Positions 43,911 to 58,726 of a DNA stretch of 64,000 bases are shown piece by piece. The stretch covers positions 169,508,001-169,572,000 of the forward strand of contig OZ024740.1 in the NCBI GenBank assembly GCA_964016885.1, in the 5' to 3' direction. The stretch comes from Eledone cirrhosa. Its lineage: Eukaryota. The notes under the pieces are model-generated. The model made no database searches, was not told the DNA's origin, and was given only the letters and a program-made list of their open reading frames with translations. Position numbers and translations under genes: made by a program. How positions within the stretch are numbered: position 1 is the stretch's first letter; each line of letters starts with the position of its first letter.

Positions 43911-44822
43911 ATTTAGGAACAGTTTAGGTATGATACATTTTATTACTAATTATATCTAAATGTTTCTTCTCTCTTCATAATGTATATATATATATATATA
44001 TATAGATGTGTATGTATATGTATATATGTACACATAGACTAGAGTATGTATGTATATATGTGTGTGTCTATACGTGTGTATATAAAGATAAGTTGAGTAT
44101 GAAAATGTATACACATGAACGCGTATGTATGTACATGAATACATGTGTGTATATATATATGTATGCATGTGTATATGTATGTAAGTATGAACATGTTACT
44201 ATGTGAATGTGAGTATATGTATTTTGTAGAGGTGTGCAAATATATTTGTGTGTGAATGCGTAGGGTGAAAGGATACGTACACTTGAAAGAAAAATTTAAG
44301 TCTGAATGTTAATTAAGTGCAAACACAAAACCAACCACGCATATCTTTACTATCTCTAATCCTTCTATAGATTTAGAAAAATAACCAATAATATATTCTA
44401 TAAAAATGTCAAAACAACAGATGGGAATCTAATTACTCACTGCCACCAAAAATTCTCACTGCTATCAAAAAACCACTCCCTCAACTATTCTTCTAACAAC
44501 TTCACCCCTCCCTCCTAATATTCTCTATAAAAACCAAATAGGTCCTCAGTAATATTATTCTGATGAAATGACAGTAAATAATAACATTGAAATATTGAAT
44601 GTCTGCATAACTAAAACTTTGTAGATAGCAGCTGTTTTCAGGTTATGTAACTGTTATAGAAACACGTGTCAATAAATTCCTTTCAACTAAACTGTATCCA
44701 TTCAAATCTTTCTATTTTTCTCCGGATTACTTTTGGAACTACAACTAGAACCGTCGAGCAAACTCTACGTGAGCTGTCAATCTACTGTGTGTAATATTTA
44801 TATTACAACACAACGGAAAATA

Positions 44823-44926
<104 letters not shown>

Positions 44927-44983
44927 AAGAGATAGTGAATGAAGAAGGAACGAGAGATTTATTTATGTTATCTATATTTTCAG

Positions 44984-45210
44984 GTGAGAAAGTGTGCACT
45001 TCTTCAAAGATGACACGTAAACATTTATACAACATGAAAGTGATGAAATCAGTGATTGTCAGAAGTAGGATTGAATGTACTGCACTTGCCTTCCGTGAAG
45101 AATCAACTTCAATAACATTTGATGGAAAAAACAATTTGTGTACTTTATATCGCAACTGCCAGGGTTTGGATATTGATTGTAATGACTTGTTAGGTTATTC
45201 TTGTTTATAA
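44984..45210 (+). CDS. Terminal exon encoding a PAN/Apple-like Cys-rich domain (EKVCTSSK...RSRIECTALA...SITFDGKNNLCTLY...SCL*)
   Basis: Acceptor TCTATATTTTCAG in phase 1, matching the mucin exon donors; PAN-like S-x-x-EC...F-D...C-x-L-Y pattern; TAA stop; AATAAA at 45713. Confidence 0.65.
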
Positions 45211-45869
45211 ATATTGTCCACGAAATATTTTTCACACTAAAATATCTAAGAATTCGAAATTTGAAATGTTGAAATCCAAACGTAGAAAATAACTGTGAAA
45301 ATCGATCGCTATAAATGATAATAGCTTTAGAAAATGGCGTAAAACTCCCGAAAGGCTGTTGGCAATTCTTTTCTGTCCCTCGGAGTATTTTATTCGATTT
45401 TCTATTTACCACGTTCGATTGTTGTTATAGTTATTTACTACGCTTGAATTAAGTATATTCACATTTTAAATCATCGACGCGTTTCGATTTATCTAAGATT
45501 ATATTTTGTAGGAGTGTTATAACTTTGATGTTTTTTCCAATATTATAAATGTCGTACATATATTTATACGTTTAATTAGGGATTAAGCGGGATTGTGGAC
45601 TCGCATATTAATTAATTATTGATGAAAAATCTATAACTTCTAAACGAATTCAATATAACGAAAGCTTCTTAAATGTTGTGCACTTCATGCTTTTTACACT
45701 TCTGTTGTTGAGAATAAAATCATTGTATATCATTTAAAAATAAACTTTAAACGTAATTAATTTCACTGATGAATTGCCGATCCAGTATAGATTTCACATA
45801 AGTCTAACCTTTGAGTACTGCTGCACAACAGGTATACACGCGACTGCACACACACTCACACACACATAT

Positions 45870-45967
<98 letters not shown>

Positions 45968-46435
45968 ATGTGGACTAGAATTCATGACTCACTTGATTAT
46001 TTATAGATCTATTAACACAAAATGTTATAAAACAAGTTAAGGAATATAATACCTTATACGGGCATAACATCATGAACAAGATACGGTAAGCTCACAAATG
46101 TACACATTTAATTAAAATGCTGCTTTGTCAAACGGTTTTCCATTCCGTGGTCAACCTGGCCTCCTTCCAGGATGTGCCATGGTTAATCAAATTTAGAATA
46201 AATAAATAAAAAACAAGCGAGTCATGAGTTCTGGCCCACCCTATATATGTAATATTGTTTTAAACAACTAGAGAACTAGTTAGGAGCACCCTGTTTCAGT
46301 GTTACTGAAGAAATGATAATAGAAAGTCGTTCTAGTAACAATAATAAAATTATTCATCCAAGTCATCAATATATTTTGGCGGAATTCTCATTGCTCCAAA
46401 TCTGAAGGAACGCCAGGTATTCATTATTTGTAGAG

Positions 46436-46624
46436 GGTGAATTGGCAGTATCGGTAGAGGGTCGGACGCCATGCTTTATCGTATAGAGTTACGGCCCTTG
46501 CCATTCTGAGTTCAAATCCCGCCGAGGTTAACTTTGCCTTTCATCCTTACGGGTTCGATAAAATAAAGTACCAGTAATGTACTAGTTAATTGCTGGCCTT
46601 GTGCCAATAGTAGAAACAATTATT
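46436..46624 (+). mobile_element. tRNA-derived SINE copy
   Basis: Same family as 2088-2270. Confidence 0.8.
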
Positions 46625-48745
46625 TGTAGAGCCATGCTTCCTCGTTATCATTTGATGTTCACCACTGTAGTAGAGAACTTTCTATCCAACAGACGATAAT
46701 TCAACCAATTTTGGTGACGTGACAGTTTGGGGTTTTCCTGGTAAAGGTCAAGTCAAGTTGTTCCTTTGTTTGACTGGTCTTCGAGAATTGGTAATTCTCT
46801 TTGAATTCTCTCTTGCCTGACAAGTGTTGTTAGTATATTTTGAATAGAGAACTAATTAAACTGTGCCACTAATATTAGGGCTAAATGGAGTCCACAACAC
46901 TTTATCGTTATATACTAAGTACATCTTTCCAGATGATTTAGCCGTATGGAGACCTAAATTTAATAGGCGTATTCATAGTAAACGAGAAAATAAAGATTGG
47001 TCGGGAAATGCCACACACAAAAACATGTTTCTTTTAGACAATCAGAGACTTGAATACGTGACTAAAAAAGAGGCAGGCAGAAGGCAAGTCAAAATATGAA
47101 AAGAGAGGGCGACAGAAACAGAAAATGAAAAAATGAATAAATAAATAAAAATAATTCAATTGTTACATGTGCAATGTTTGTCTGAACGACAAAATGAATG
47201 TTCGAGTTCGATATTTTTTCTTCTCCCTTCCACCCTCCCCTCCTCAAATGCGGCACTCCAACTTAACGGACATCAAGTTACACCACATGGTGGAGGATTT
47301 CTTTCGGGCACAGATTAAAGATAAGAATAAAAGAGAACTAGAGGGCTCTAACATCAACTTCCTTCGCATTTGCCACAACACAGTCAACTACCAACACGAT
47401 CATCAAATCATCGCGATAGAGCCAAGGGTGAGAGCGAGAAAGAGAGAAGAGAAAGAGGAAGAAGAGAGAGAAAAGAGAGAGAAGAGAGTGAGAAGAGAGA
47501 GAGAAGAGGGGAAGAGAGAGTGAGAGTGAAAAAAGATATAGGGAGAGAGAGAAGCAGGGAGAGAGACAGAAATACATATAGCGAACTCTTGGCGTTTACA
47601 ACTTCTTGTTGAATAAAGTGAGTTTTACAACTACCTCACTTCTTCTGATGCCGAAGTGCTGAAATTGACGCATTATTGTATCACATCCAGCAATTTGGAC
47701 AGTTGAACTCTGTTAACAAATAATAAACACATTCAATCTTCTGCTATTGAGTGCGAATTTCTTATTTGTTGCTCTAAAATATTGGTCTAAAATGGTGTCA
47801 ACAAACAAGAACATGGAGCTTCTGAAGTTGGAATCACATCTTTCGAATATGCTTCACTTGTTACCCAGCGAATGTGTGTAAATGTGTGCGTGTGCGTGTG
47901 TGCGTGTGTGCGTGTGTGCGTGTGCGTGTGTGCGTGTGTGTGCGTGCGTGTGTGGTGAGCGTATGTGGTGTATGTGTGTGTGTGTGTGCATATCTGAGTG
48001 TGTGTATATCGACACGTTAAATATATTTTAAGTCTTTTATTCAGTAAATGTTTGTTGTTTTTAAGTGCGTTTTTATTTATAGATTCATTTTTATGTATGT
48101 AAGTCTTTATTGGTTGCAACACATTTGGATATATGATACATTCATCTTTCAGCAAAGTTTTAGGGATAAACAATTAAGAAGGTCGTTCATTGCCATCATC
48201 AATCATTATAAACATTCTGAGTGGAAAATTATATCTGACGGAAGTGTTTACAGTTCATTTAACATCGATTTGTAGCGTCTTCACACGTAAACATTGTTTA
48301 ATACGACGTCAATATTTATGCACTGAATAAATAAATATTACGGCAAGTGGGGAACATTATTTACGTTGTTGGAAAACAAGTTTATATTTTTGTTGGTCAA
48401 TGCAACAGATAGGTGATTCAATAAATTAGCCTGGCTAATTTCTGAAGATTCATTTAATGAGAAGAAGATATCCTAAATATATATTAAATATTTATCATAG
48501 TTTTAGACTACTATTTAATTCAGCAAGCTATCTACCCATCAATTGATATGAATAGCTAATTATTCATGCCAGAAATCAGCCAACTATAATGTACTAAGTA
48601 TTTTTTTCTGCTTACACGGTTCTTAGACATTATTTCTATTTTCCAGAGGACTTCTTATTATGTCTTCTTTATACAAGACAACACCACGCACGCTCGCACA
48701 CACACAAACACACACACACACTCACTCACATATATACGCACACAG

Positions 48746-48815
<70 letters not shown>

Positions 48816-49559
48816 GCACACATATATATATGAAGTATCTACAATACAAAGATAATGGCACTACGAATCAGAGTGGAACCTGATACATGAGAAGTTGCAT
48901 AGTGGATATATTGAAGAGGTAGAATTCCAACGGTGAATATATAATTTAACAGTCAAGATTTGCTTTTGATAAACTTAAATCTAAATGATACATTTGCCTA
49001 CACATTAAATATGATAGAATATAATGTGTCAGTTTCATCTACGGTGATTGAACCACACACCTACAGTTACGTTTCATCATATCATATTTAGCTTGTATCT
49101 AAATATAACATTTAAGTTTATATATATATTACCCTGGTGGAACCAAAATAAGCACTCGATGCTACTACCCGAACAGTGTAATCCCAGGAGAGGAAAATGA
49201 TTAGATTCTGATTTTCACCTCTGACGAGGAGATCGTTGCAAATCTATCGGCTGTATAGATTAAGACCACGAGCTAATCAAAACGAATGTCACACTTGAGG
49301 AATAATATAAATATGTTAAACTGAAATTTAGTTTTCTTACTTAATATCTATATGTATATTTAGCCATGTCCAAGACATTTTTTAAGCCATTGACATTTCT
49401 CAAGTATTATAAAGTATTGTATCATCCAATTACACACACTTTTAATGGTTTTAATGTATTACAATTTACTCATCATTTAAATATGTCTTGCTGAGATGTT
49501 TATCAGTGTGAAGGATGTGCCGTCGTTCTAAAGGATTGTTTTAAAGTGCTTATGCTTTA

Positions 49560-50255
49560 AATATGGGCAAACATATCATCGCTTTTTGATGATCAAAGAG
49601 TCCGAAATAGCGCTATAGGACACAGGTTACTCAGAGCTTGATATTTATGTCAATGTGAGTTGTAGCAAGACAGCAGTTCATAATATTATTAACAAATAAG
49701 ACATTTGTGGTTCCCCTTGGGAAAATTGTCACCGCATGGTTTCGGCAAGATCAAGCAAAGAAATTTGAGCTGCATTGCTTATATGGGTTAGAGATGTGAG
49801 TCACAGGACTGCATCATAACGACTGGATTATGATTGTGGGCTAAACTCTTGCAGACCTCCCCACAAGGCGAGATTAACATTGGATATGAAAAAGAAGCAT
49901 CCGGCATTCGCATAAAAACATGAACATTGAACTAAAGAGCAATGTTACCAAGTTATGTTTACTGATGAACTAGCACTGCAGGAGATTTTTATACGTCAGT
50001 ATCATACCAGAAGCCTTAGCTGGAAATTTTGAAAGAAAAATGGGAAATACATATGCACATACATGAAAGCAACATATTAATTCATGATGGGGCTTCATGC
50101 TAGACAGCTACTACAAAAACACTTCAAAGTCTAAACATTACAACAGCCTGGTAATAGCCATGACCTCAATCCCATTGCAAATTTGTTCGAATAAATCAAG
50201 AACAATGTTGCAGACAAACAACCATCCAACACAAAAGCACAATAAAGCGATATAT
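49560..50255 (+). mobile_element. Tc1/mariner transposase relic
   Basis: Fragments VMFTDE (~49952), HDGASC (~50083), PGNSHDLNPIANL (~50147). Confidence 0.7.
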
Positions 50256-50522
50256 GGCTCCTTCCCTCTCAATATATACACATATGGATGTAAACAAATG
50301 TATACATAAACACCTCACTCGATAAAATATCTCCTCCCTCTCCATCCCACCCCACTCCTACCCTCAACCTACGCCCTCTTTCGATCTGCCTCGCAGTATT
50401 GATATTATGAGGAAGCGTAAAAATAATAACATGAGATAGAATTATCTTGGAAGTGGTTTAATAGACTATTAAATCGCTTCCAAGGGAACACTATCTCGTG
50501 TTATTATTTTTTACACTTGTAG

Positions 50523-50714
50523 GGCGGTGGATTGGCAGTATCGGTAGAGGGTCGGACGCCATGCTTTGACGCATAGAGTTACGGCCCTTGTCATTCTGAG
50601 TTCAAATCCGGCCGAGGTTAACTTTGCATTTCATCCTTACGGGGTCGGTAAAATAAAGTACCACCAGTAATGCACTGGGTAATTGCTGGCTTTGTGCCAA
50701 AAGTAGAAACAATT
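50523..50714 (+). mobile_element. tRNA-derived SINE copy
   Basis: Same family as 2088-2270. Confidence 0.8.
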
Positions 50715-50966
50715 GTTTTTTACACTTGTCCTGGGTTCTTTTACGCTCTCTGCGTCTCTTTCTACGCTTCTTCTTACATCTATAAAGGTGTGTCCTGTCG
50801 ATGACCAATAGTCTTCTGTTTGTTCAACACTGGAATGAAGGAATAATCAACATGTTTCTGGGTCATTAGCCTTTATCAGGACTGCTTACTTCTCTGCCAA
50901 TCTGTTGAACAGTTGAAAATATATATAGTATTTTCTGAAGTATACATCGGCTGAGTAGCCCCATTT

Positions 50967-51011
<45 letters not shown>

Positions 51012-53280
51012 CATATATATATATTCTTCTTCGTCTCTTCCTTCTCGTAGCATAGTACAGGATTATTATTATTATTTTTGTATCTAAAAATGTTACTATC
51101 GCCTAGCAAATTTCTTAGACTGTCCTGGAAGCCCTCCCACCCACAGCGGCACACTTTGTGATGTCGACTGGGTGAGTGGGGTTACCATCGCCATGAAACA
51201 AGCCCCCTACTATTCCACTATAGTATATATTGTACTGGAAATATAAGAATTACATGGGTAACCTATGTAGAGCACAATAGATTTAGTGACAGCTTGTGGC
51301 TTCTGCTGACGATGATACTGGTGGTAACTACAAACATCTGAGTGACAAACAATTCTATACAAAACACTAAAGAACCTGACATTCATCTAAATCTCCCGAT
51401 TATCAGCAAACAGTTATGCGGCCCTCTTACCCCTGCCATTTAGGAAAGAGAAAATCCTTTCATGCAGCCCCTTCCCAATCATGTACGGAACCTCAATATA
51501 AATGTCAGAATAATGAAATGTTGACCTAATAAAACCTATATTTCATTGAAAAGAAGAACGAGGATTTATATTGTATCGTTCATATTTACTTAACAACAAA
51601 AATATCTCAGACACTTCAGATTCTGTTACATCTTAAAATCAGTTTACAATATAGTTCCAGAATTATGTTGCGTTTATTAGTTTGAGCAAGCGTGTAGAAA
51701 TAGATTCCCAAACTTTAGTAGATCTAGGAATCATAAAATAGATTATATTACACAGAAAATTAATAATACATAAGTTAGATATGATTGTACTGCTTTTGTT
51801 TAAATCAAAATATAGCACAAGTATCTCCTTGCCAGAGCTCTGGTTGCAGAAACTTTCAGTTATTTGATGATGAATTTTAAAATCAAGCTCAAGCCTGACC
51901 TTTGTTGAAAGATGGCATATTACTGAATTGATTTCAATGTGTTACTGTCACATACTTTAGTGACACTAGTAGCAATCATAGGTGAATTCAATCTAGATGA
52001 ATTTTGAACGTATCTAAATATTATACATTGACACACTGTTTTAATTGTTGCAGCAAAATCGACTCCAGTTTTAAGCAATCTAATGCCAATTTCATAGTTG
52101 TAAACAGAGACAGGTACTTACAGATAAGAATGGAGAGACATTTGGCATTGTGACAGAATCATCATTTGTCAAATTTATTAATGGCAAATCTGATTGTGTC
52201 ACGTACTTTGTTCTCGGAAAATGTACAACTGTATTTCAATTAATGAATGCAGTTGATTGAATCCAGCACGATATGTGTAACTGATTTTCATTCGTTCACT
52301 TTTAGGGATATCAGCTATAGTGAACCTCGGCAAGAATTATAGATGTAAAAACGCAACTGATCAGGAATTTTAGAGACCACCTATTTTGTAAAACTACTGC
52401 AATGACTATCTATAGTGCAGCATGGCCGAATGGTTAAGAATGTTGCTTTTAGAATCATGAGTTTTCCGATTCTGGTATCTTTCACAAATTATGTTTACAA
52501 TTGTCATAAATCAAGCCAAACCATGAGATAGAAATTGCTTAGCCTAGAGAGAATCTCTTTGAGAATTATACATGAAATTCAAAGGGTCTGTTTGTCACAC
52601 TGTATTATGCTGTATTTCTCACAGAATTGTTTGTGTTCACGGCTCTGTGGAATACTCAGCTACTTACATGTTAATTTAATGATTAGGCCACTCCACAGTA
52701 CGAACAACTGGAATTGTCTTCGTCAAAACCGACAGAGGCCTATTTATATTTTTTATTATATACAAGAAATATTTCAAACAGAGGCATAGTACTACACATT
52801 TTGGTGGGGTAAAGGATATAAACAGTTTGAACCATCCCATTATTTAATAAATGTTTGTTTTTTAAAGTATACAAAATAAACGATGACTCCGTCAGGATTT
52901 GAACTCAATATATAAAGGAAGATCATTTATCTGGCAATTTAATGACTATATCTTCCACATCCCAAATAATAACAACAATGATGGTGATGGTGATGATGAT
53001 GACGGTGATGATGATGGTGATAATAATAATAATAATAATGTTTTCTTTATTAACCATAAGGGTTTACATAAAGTAGACATTAAGGACAGTACAGGACAAT
53101 ACAGGACGGTACAAATGGGCATTTCTGCGTGTAAAAAAGAGAGGAAGTAATAAAATAACAAAGAAAAATTCCCCAATAGGGGGGAGACTTCCGAGGGACA
53201 TTTGTGGAGAAAGCCCATTAAAAGACCACAGTGACCCTGACCACCAGGGCAAGTGCCCTTCCCAGTTTTCCACCTTTAGT

Positions 53281-56200
53281 TTACAGACACATACTCAGAG
53301 AAGGCCCATTTATTCGGGCCATACTTGCTTCTCTCACCCATCTTTCAACAAAATGCTGGGAAGAGAGCACTTCCCTCTCTACCCTGATTTTCCTTTTCAA
53401 ATGAAATTTGAAAAAGTTAATCAGGGCATCACCGAAGAGGTAAGTGCTCGTCTTCAGCCCTTTCAAACGTGTCCACCATACTATCTCTTTCGCCATGGCC
53501 ACCAGACAGATAAAAACTGCCTGCCCTTCCCGGCTAAAGGAAGAGGCCGGGGCAATCCTCACGATGGACTCGACTGATAGCCGGATCCGTCCTACACGTG
53601 ACAGCAGGTGTTCGACATAAACCCACAAGTCAGCAATGCTCGGACACTGGACGAGTGCGTGCAGGAAGGATTTCATCGCCCTGCGCGCATCTCGGACATG
53701 CCCGGCTGACGGCACCTCCATGCCTGTAGAGTTTATCCCGAACTGGCAAAGCACCCGGTAGCACTGCCAGGCCAGGGATTTCTGGAAGTTGTCCATAGGC
53801 CCCGGCCCGAAAGTCCTTCCGAAGAGATTGGCTAGTTGATTTTCGTCGACGCCTAGAGTTTCTCCAAGTACGTCGTCGCTCTTCCCCTCCACTAATCCCC
53901 TATAGAACGCCAAGGTGGAGTTTCCACCGATCACATTGCCCGATTGGTCGAGGGCTGTGAGCGCCTGAAGACATTCCAGTCTCCAAGCGCTCCCTCTCGG
54001 TCTTCGCTTGACCCAGGACTGCAGCTCCGTCAAGGAGACGAGCTGGGGAAAAACGTGTCTAGCAAACGGCGACCACACCTGATCACCGTCGAGGAAGAGG
54101 TGGAGATGTCGTAGCCTGAGCGCGTGTCTGCGCATCATCAGCCACGGCATGCCCAGCCCTCCACGTAGCGGGTGTTGACAGCAGATGGACCGCCTGACCA
54201 TCGGAGCGCGTCCCTTCCACAAGTAGCGAAAGAGAAAACGCTCCAGCGCAGTCAGGCGGGGCTTAGGACAAGGTACAACGGTCAGGCGGTAGTAGATGAC
54301 GGACGCGATGTACGCGTTAGCCACCTCCGCTCGACCTTTCAGGGATAGCTTCCTCTCGGCCCATTTCTGGGTGAGAGAAGCCACCCTGCTCGTCACCTGT
54401 CCCAGTTTTTGTTCGTCTGGAGGTCTGGACCAAACCAGACCCCTAGCAATTTAACCGGTCCGTCCGTCCAGCGCCCGACGACGCTGTTGGACGGCATGGA
54501 CCTTCCTCTCCAGGTGCCGAGCTGCAGGCCCACTGACTTTTCCTGGTTGATCATTGCTCCTGTCACCGCTTCGTATTCTCTTAGTGTAGTGCCGATCGCC
54601 TCGATGTGTTTGGCGTTCTACACCACTACGGTGACATCGTCCGCATATGCTGACACGGATCTTCCGCATCCTAGTTCGCGCGGGACCCCCCTCAACGTCT
54701 CCAGTTTGAGCAGTAATGGCTCGAGAGTCAATACGTACAATAGGGACGAGAGGGGACATCCTTGGCGGACCGAGCGCATGATGTTGAACGGTTCCGAAAG
54801 GTGACCGTTCACTCTCACTACAGATCAGATGTCGCTGTGCATGGCAGCGATCCAGTCTCTGAAGACGGGCCCAAAGCCAGCCGCCCTCAGGACTGCCGCT
54901 AGGTAACGATGGTCGACCCTATCGAAGGCTTTCGACTGATCTAAATTGATCAAAGACCCACCCGTGCCAGGTTTCCTAGCTACCCTCTCAACGATGTATC
55001 GCATGAGGTGGAGGTTGTCGTGGATGGATCTGTCGGGAATGGCGCATGTCTGTGCCTCTCCCACCAGACCACCAACGACAAACGCCAACCTCTTTGCTAG
55101 CACCTTGGCCAAAATCTTGAACTCTGTGTTTAGCAGAGTTATGGGCCTAAAATTATCTATGTTATCCCCCTTGTTCGAATCCTTTCTCAGCAGCGCCACC
55201 GCTCCTCGGCTCACAGAGCTGGGAATTCTACCGTTCTGTTGCCAGTTGCAGTAGACGTCCGCCAAGAGGCCTCCGAACACGTCTGGCATTTGTACGTAAA
55301 GTTCATAGGGCAGACCATCTAAACCGAGCGATTTACCCCTTGTGTAGCCAGTCATTGCCTCCCGTACTTCAGCGGTTGTTATCGGCTTTTCGCAACACTC
55401 CGCCTCAGTGGCCGAAAGCCGCGGCAGTCCGTCGAGGTAGACACTAAAGTCCATCCCTCGATCCGGCCCGCCACTGCCCCCGAACAGTTGAGCGAAGTGT
55501 CGCTGAAAAGCTTCACACATTTGCCCGGGATCGAGTAGCATGCGTCCGTCGTGGTCCACCAAAGACCGGATCGTGGCTTTATTGCCACGACGCGCCTCCA
55601 CCACTCGGGCCCATTGAACGGCTTTCGTCCCCTCGTGTCTGAGAGCACGCACCCTAGCTCTGACAACGCAGCCTTCGTGCTTTGCATTGAAGAATTGGTC
55701 AAGGGCCAATTTCGCCGCAAGTACGTCGGTCGCGATGCCTTTGCTAAGCGCCTCGTCTAATTTTCTAACTAATTCTCCCTCTGCTCTATTTTTCTCTATT
55801 TCTAAAGCCTTACTAAACCTAATGGACTCTATTCTAATTGCTCTTTTCAGAGCAAACCACCACTTGTTGTTGACGATGGCCCCCGTCAACGCCCGCTTAA
55901 CTAGTTCGCTAATCCGGTCTCTGCAGGCCTTACGCGCTGGTAAGGACGCGTTTAGCTTCCAGTAGCCGAGTCCTCCTCTATGAAGCCTATCTAAGTCAAG
56001 CACACAGATCACGAATTTGTGGTCCGTGTAGCTGACTATCTTGAATTGTGGACAGCCTATACTAGACCTATCCATTTCCCTACAAAATACTCTATCTAGA
56101 TATGATCTGGATGACCCTAAGCGATTTGTCCAAGTCCACACTGGTACATTCGGGAAATCCATTCGGTACCTGTCAGACAGTTCAAAACGCCTGAGCAGGT

Positions 56201-56699
56201 TGGTGAGACTCTTGCACCCTCCTTCCCTATCCACTAATCCCAGATAATCCCAGCGTGCATCTAAGATCCCGTTCCAGTCGCCCACTAACACTAAAAAGCG
56301 GGACGTTCCAAGAAAGGTCTCTAGACGCCGGAAGAAATCAGGCCGCCCTTCTCCTGTCGGGGCATAGACGGCCACTAACCTGAAAGCTTGCCCGTCTCTG
56401 CTGGTCACGTCCAGCACCACCAACTTACCTTCTGGGTCCAGGAAGATGGCCCGTATGGCAAGATCCAAACCTCTCCGAAAAAGCACAGCAACTCCTCCCC
56501 CCGATCCCGGACGGCTGGGAGATGCGTACACATCGTAGCCGCCGAAGATCGGTGCGAAGGCCCGTGCTTCGGAGATTCTGGTCTCGCTGATGGCCACTAT
56601 ATCTATGTTTAGTGACCTGAGGTCGTTGAGCAGGTGGCCCTGCTTCCATGACGACCCCAAGCCACGCGCATTTATGCTGCCTATTCTGAGTGAAGTCAT
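53281..56699 (-). pseudogene. LINE ORF2 (AP endonuclease, reverse transcriptase, C-terminal region), disrupted
   Basis: SINARGL, ISETR, GDWN, FRPITLLN, LDQSKAFDRV, VRQGCPLS, YADD; in-frame stops at ~54825 and ~54618, frameshifts at ~54400 and ~53750. Confidence 0.9.
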
Positions 56700-56733
56700 G
56701 TTGAAAAGGAGTGGAAAAGATGGGAAAGACCAC

Positions 56734-58726
56734 TTACCTTACTTCTCGTAGGGGAAGGACGGTTTTTCCATCCTTTTCACTACTTGTGGCCTCCTCAGGA
56801 AGGATGTCCTTATAAATCCTCCTGGAGAGTGCTTGTCGGAAGTCTCCGATGTCTTTGGGGAATTTTTGTTTTAGTGTCATGTACGTTTTCTGTGTGATGC
56901 GAGTGATTTGTATGTGTGGAGGTGGTGTGAATTTTTTGGTTGTTGTGTAGTCTTTTTCTGTGATGCTGGTGTTGTGTTGGATGTAGTGTAATAATTGCTT
57001 GTTGTTCAAATTTAATGCTGTGTAGTGTGCATCGTTTTGGTTGTTTTGTTTTGTTTGCGTTTGTTGTGGGTTTGTTTCTGTTTCGTATTTTGGTGACTTT
57101 TGTGGTGTAGGTGATGGTGGTGTTGGGGTTAATGATGGTGATGGTGTTGGTGTTTGGGTTGATGGCGTTGGTGATGCTGGTGTGGATGGTGGCATATCTG
57201 TCCTAACTTTTTTGTTTGTTAATTTATTTGTTTCCCTCTGTATTTTGTTTCTGGAGGGGGAAGGAAGAGAATTTTTTTTTTTGGTTTCTTTTTTTTTTTC
57301 CTGATACCGTTTCCCACTCCTCGTCGTCACAATCTGTCTCCAGTTGTGATAGGCCGGGGAGTGGAAAATCCTCCACAGGCGTTAGTTTTGGTTGTGGCGT
57401 GGTGGATGGTGTAGGCGCTGGTGCTAGTTCTGAAGCGTTGGGTGGTGGTGGTGTTGGTTTTGCTGGTGTTGGTTTCGCTACTGTTGCTGGGGTTGTTGCT
57501 GTTATAGTTGCTTCTGTTGTTGCTGCTACAGTTTTTGCTGCCATCTCTGCTACTGGTGGTGTTGATGGTTGTGTCACTGGGGTGGATAGGAGAGGTGGCC
57601 TCAACCTTTTAGCCTGAGGGCAGAAAGCCCTTAGGTGGGTTCCTTCACCACAAACGACACACCTAGGCCTTCTGCCCTCGACAATTACGGTGAGGTGGCT
57701 GCCGTCAGTGAGTTCTATTACCTCTGGGATCTCCTCAATGCTTTTTTGGTCCGCTTGGATCAGGAGCTCCATCCCAGATCCGGACCAGTTCTCCTGATTT
57801 TCTTTTGCTATTGCTATTATCTTTGTGTTGGCTTCGATGCCGGCGAGGACGGCCGCTATTAGCCAGGGAATTTCGATGGCCGGTGGAACCTGGGTCACTC
57901 TGATCTTTACGAGTCTCTGGCCACAATAGCTTGGGACGAGTGTGAAGTCGTCACTTCTTAATGGGGCCATGGAGTGTTCTCTAGCCTCCTCTGGTGTTTC
58001 AAAGAACACGTCCACGGTTCCATACTTCTGCCCACGTCTGATGTGGGTTTTTCTTGCCCACACATGTCCCAAAGCTTTTTGGATTTGGGACTCGGATGCC
58101 CGTTCCACTCGGTGCGATTTTACATTTATTGTTCGATACGACACGGTGCATAGGCGCCGATGCTCCATTTTATTAGGTGTGTGTGTGGGGGGGGGGGGGG
58201 GGCTGACCCTGTACCCATCTTTCTTTACCATTTGTTTGGCATTTTCTAATTCCTCCTGAGTTACCGTAAATGCTTCGCACTGTTTTGCTACTCTGGCAAA
58301 ACTCAGGGTGGTTTTTTTAATGTCATTGTTGTTGTTGTTGCTATCGTTATTTTTGTTATTATTAATTTTAGTTTCAGTTGTGGTGGTGGTGACGTCAGAG
58401 AAGTTCGGTTTGGGAGAGTCCATTTTGGTTGAAAATATTTCGACATCACGAGTTGATTTATTTTTTCCTTTTGTTTCTGTTGTCGCGGTGGTGGTGGGGG
58501 TGGTGGTTGTCGCGGTGGTGGTGGTAGTGGCGGTGGCGGCTTTAACACCTGCAGTCATTGGTAATGGCGGGAAATGAATGTCTGCCTGAGACAAATTTAA
58601 AATATTGCTAGTGCTTAAATTGTTTGTGTTGGCAGACGTATAATCATTTACAATGGTGGTGTCGGTGTGAGGTGTTAATTTGTGAGGAAGGCTCTCAGCT
58701 GCTTGGTGCAGTGGTGAATTAGCCAT
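56734..58726 (-). pseudogene. LINE ORF1 (gag-like, CCHC knuckle), apparent frameshift in a homopolymer at ~57287-57299
   Basis: CVVCGEGTHLRAFC; two overlapping ORFs join at the T-run. Confidence 0.75.

Larger units (their letters stand above)
43147..43985 (+). mobile_element. Retrozyme-like / mini-PLE element: 198-bp direct repeats (43193-43390 and 43788-43985), each with an HHR, plus an inverted 5' piece
   Basis: Repeats appear identical and lie 595 bp apart; 43147-43192 is the reverse complement of internal ~43512-43558. Confidence 0.75.
41524..44715. repeat. ~710-bp inverted repeat (41524-42235 and 44002-44715) enclosing further palindromes
   Basis: Arms are near-identical reverse complements. 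Confidence 0.9.

Noticed and set aside
54618-54827. Programmed readthrough or selenocysteine at in-frame TGA/TAG in LINE ORF2
   Set aside because: The same ORF also has frameshifts; ordinary decay is the simpler explanation
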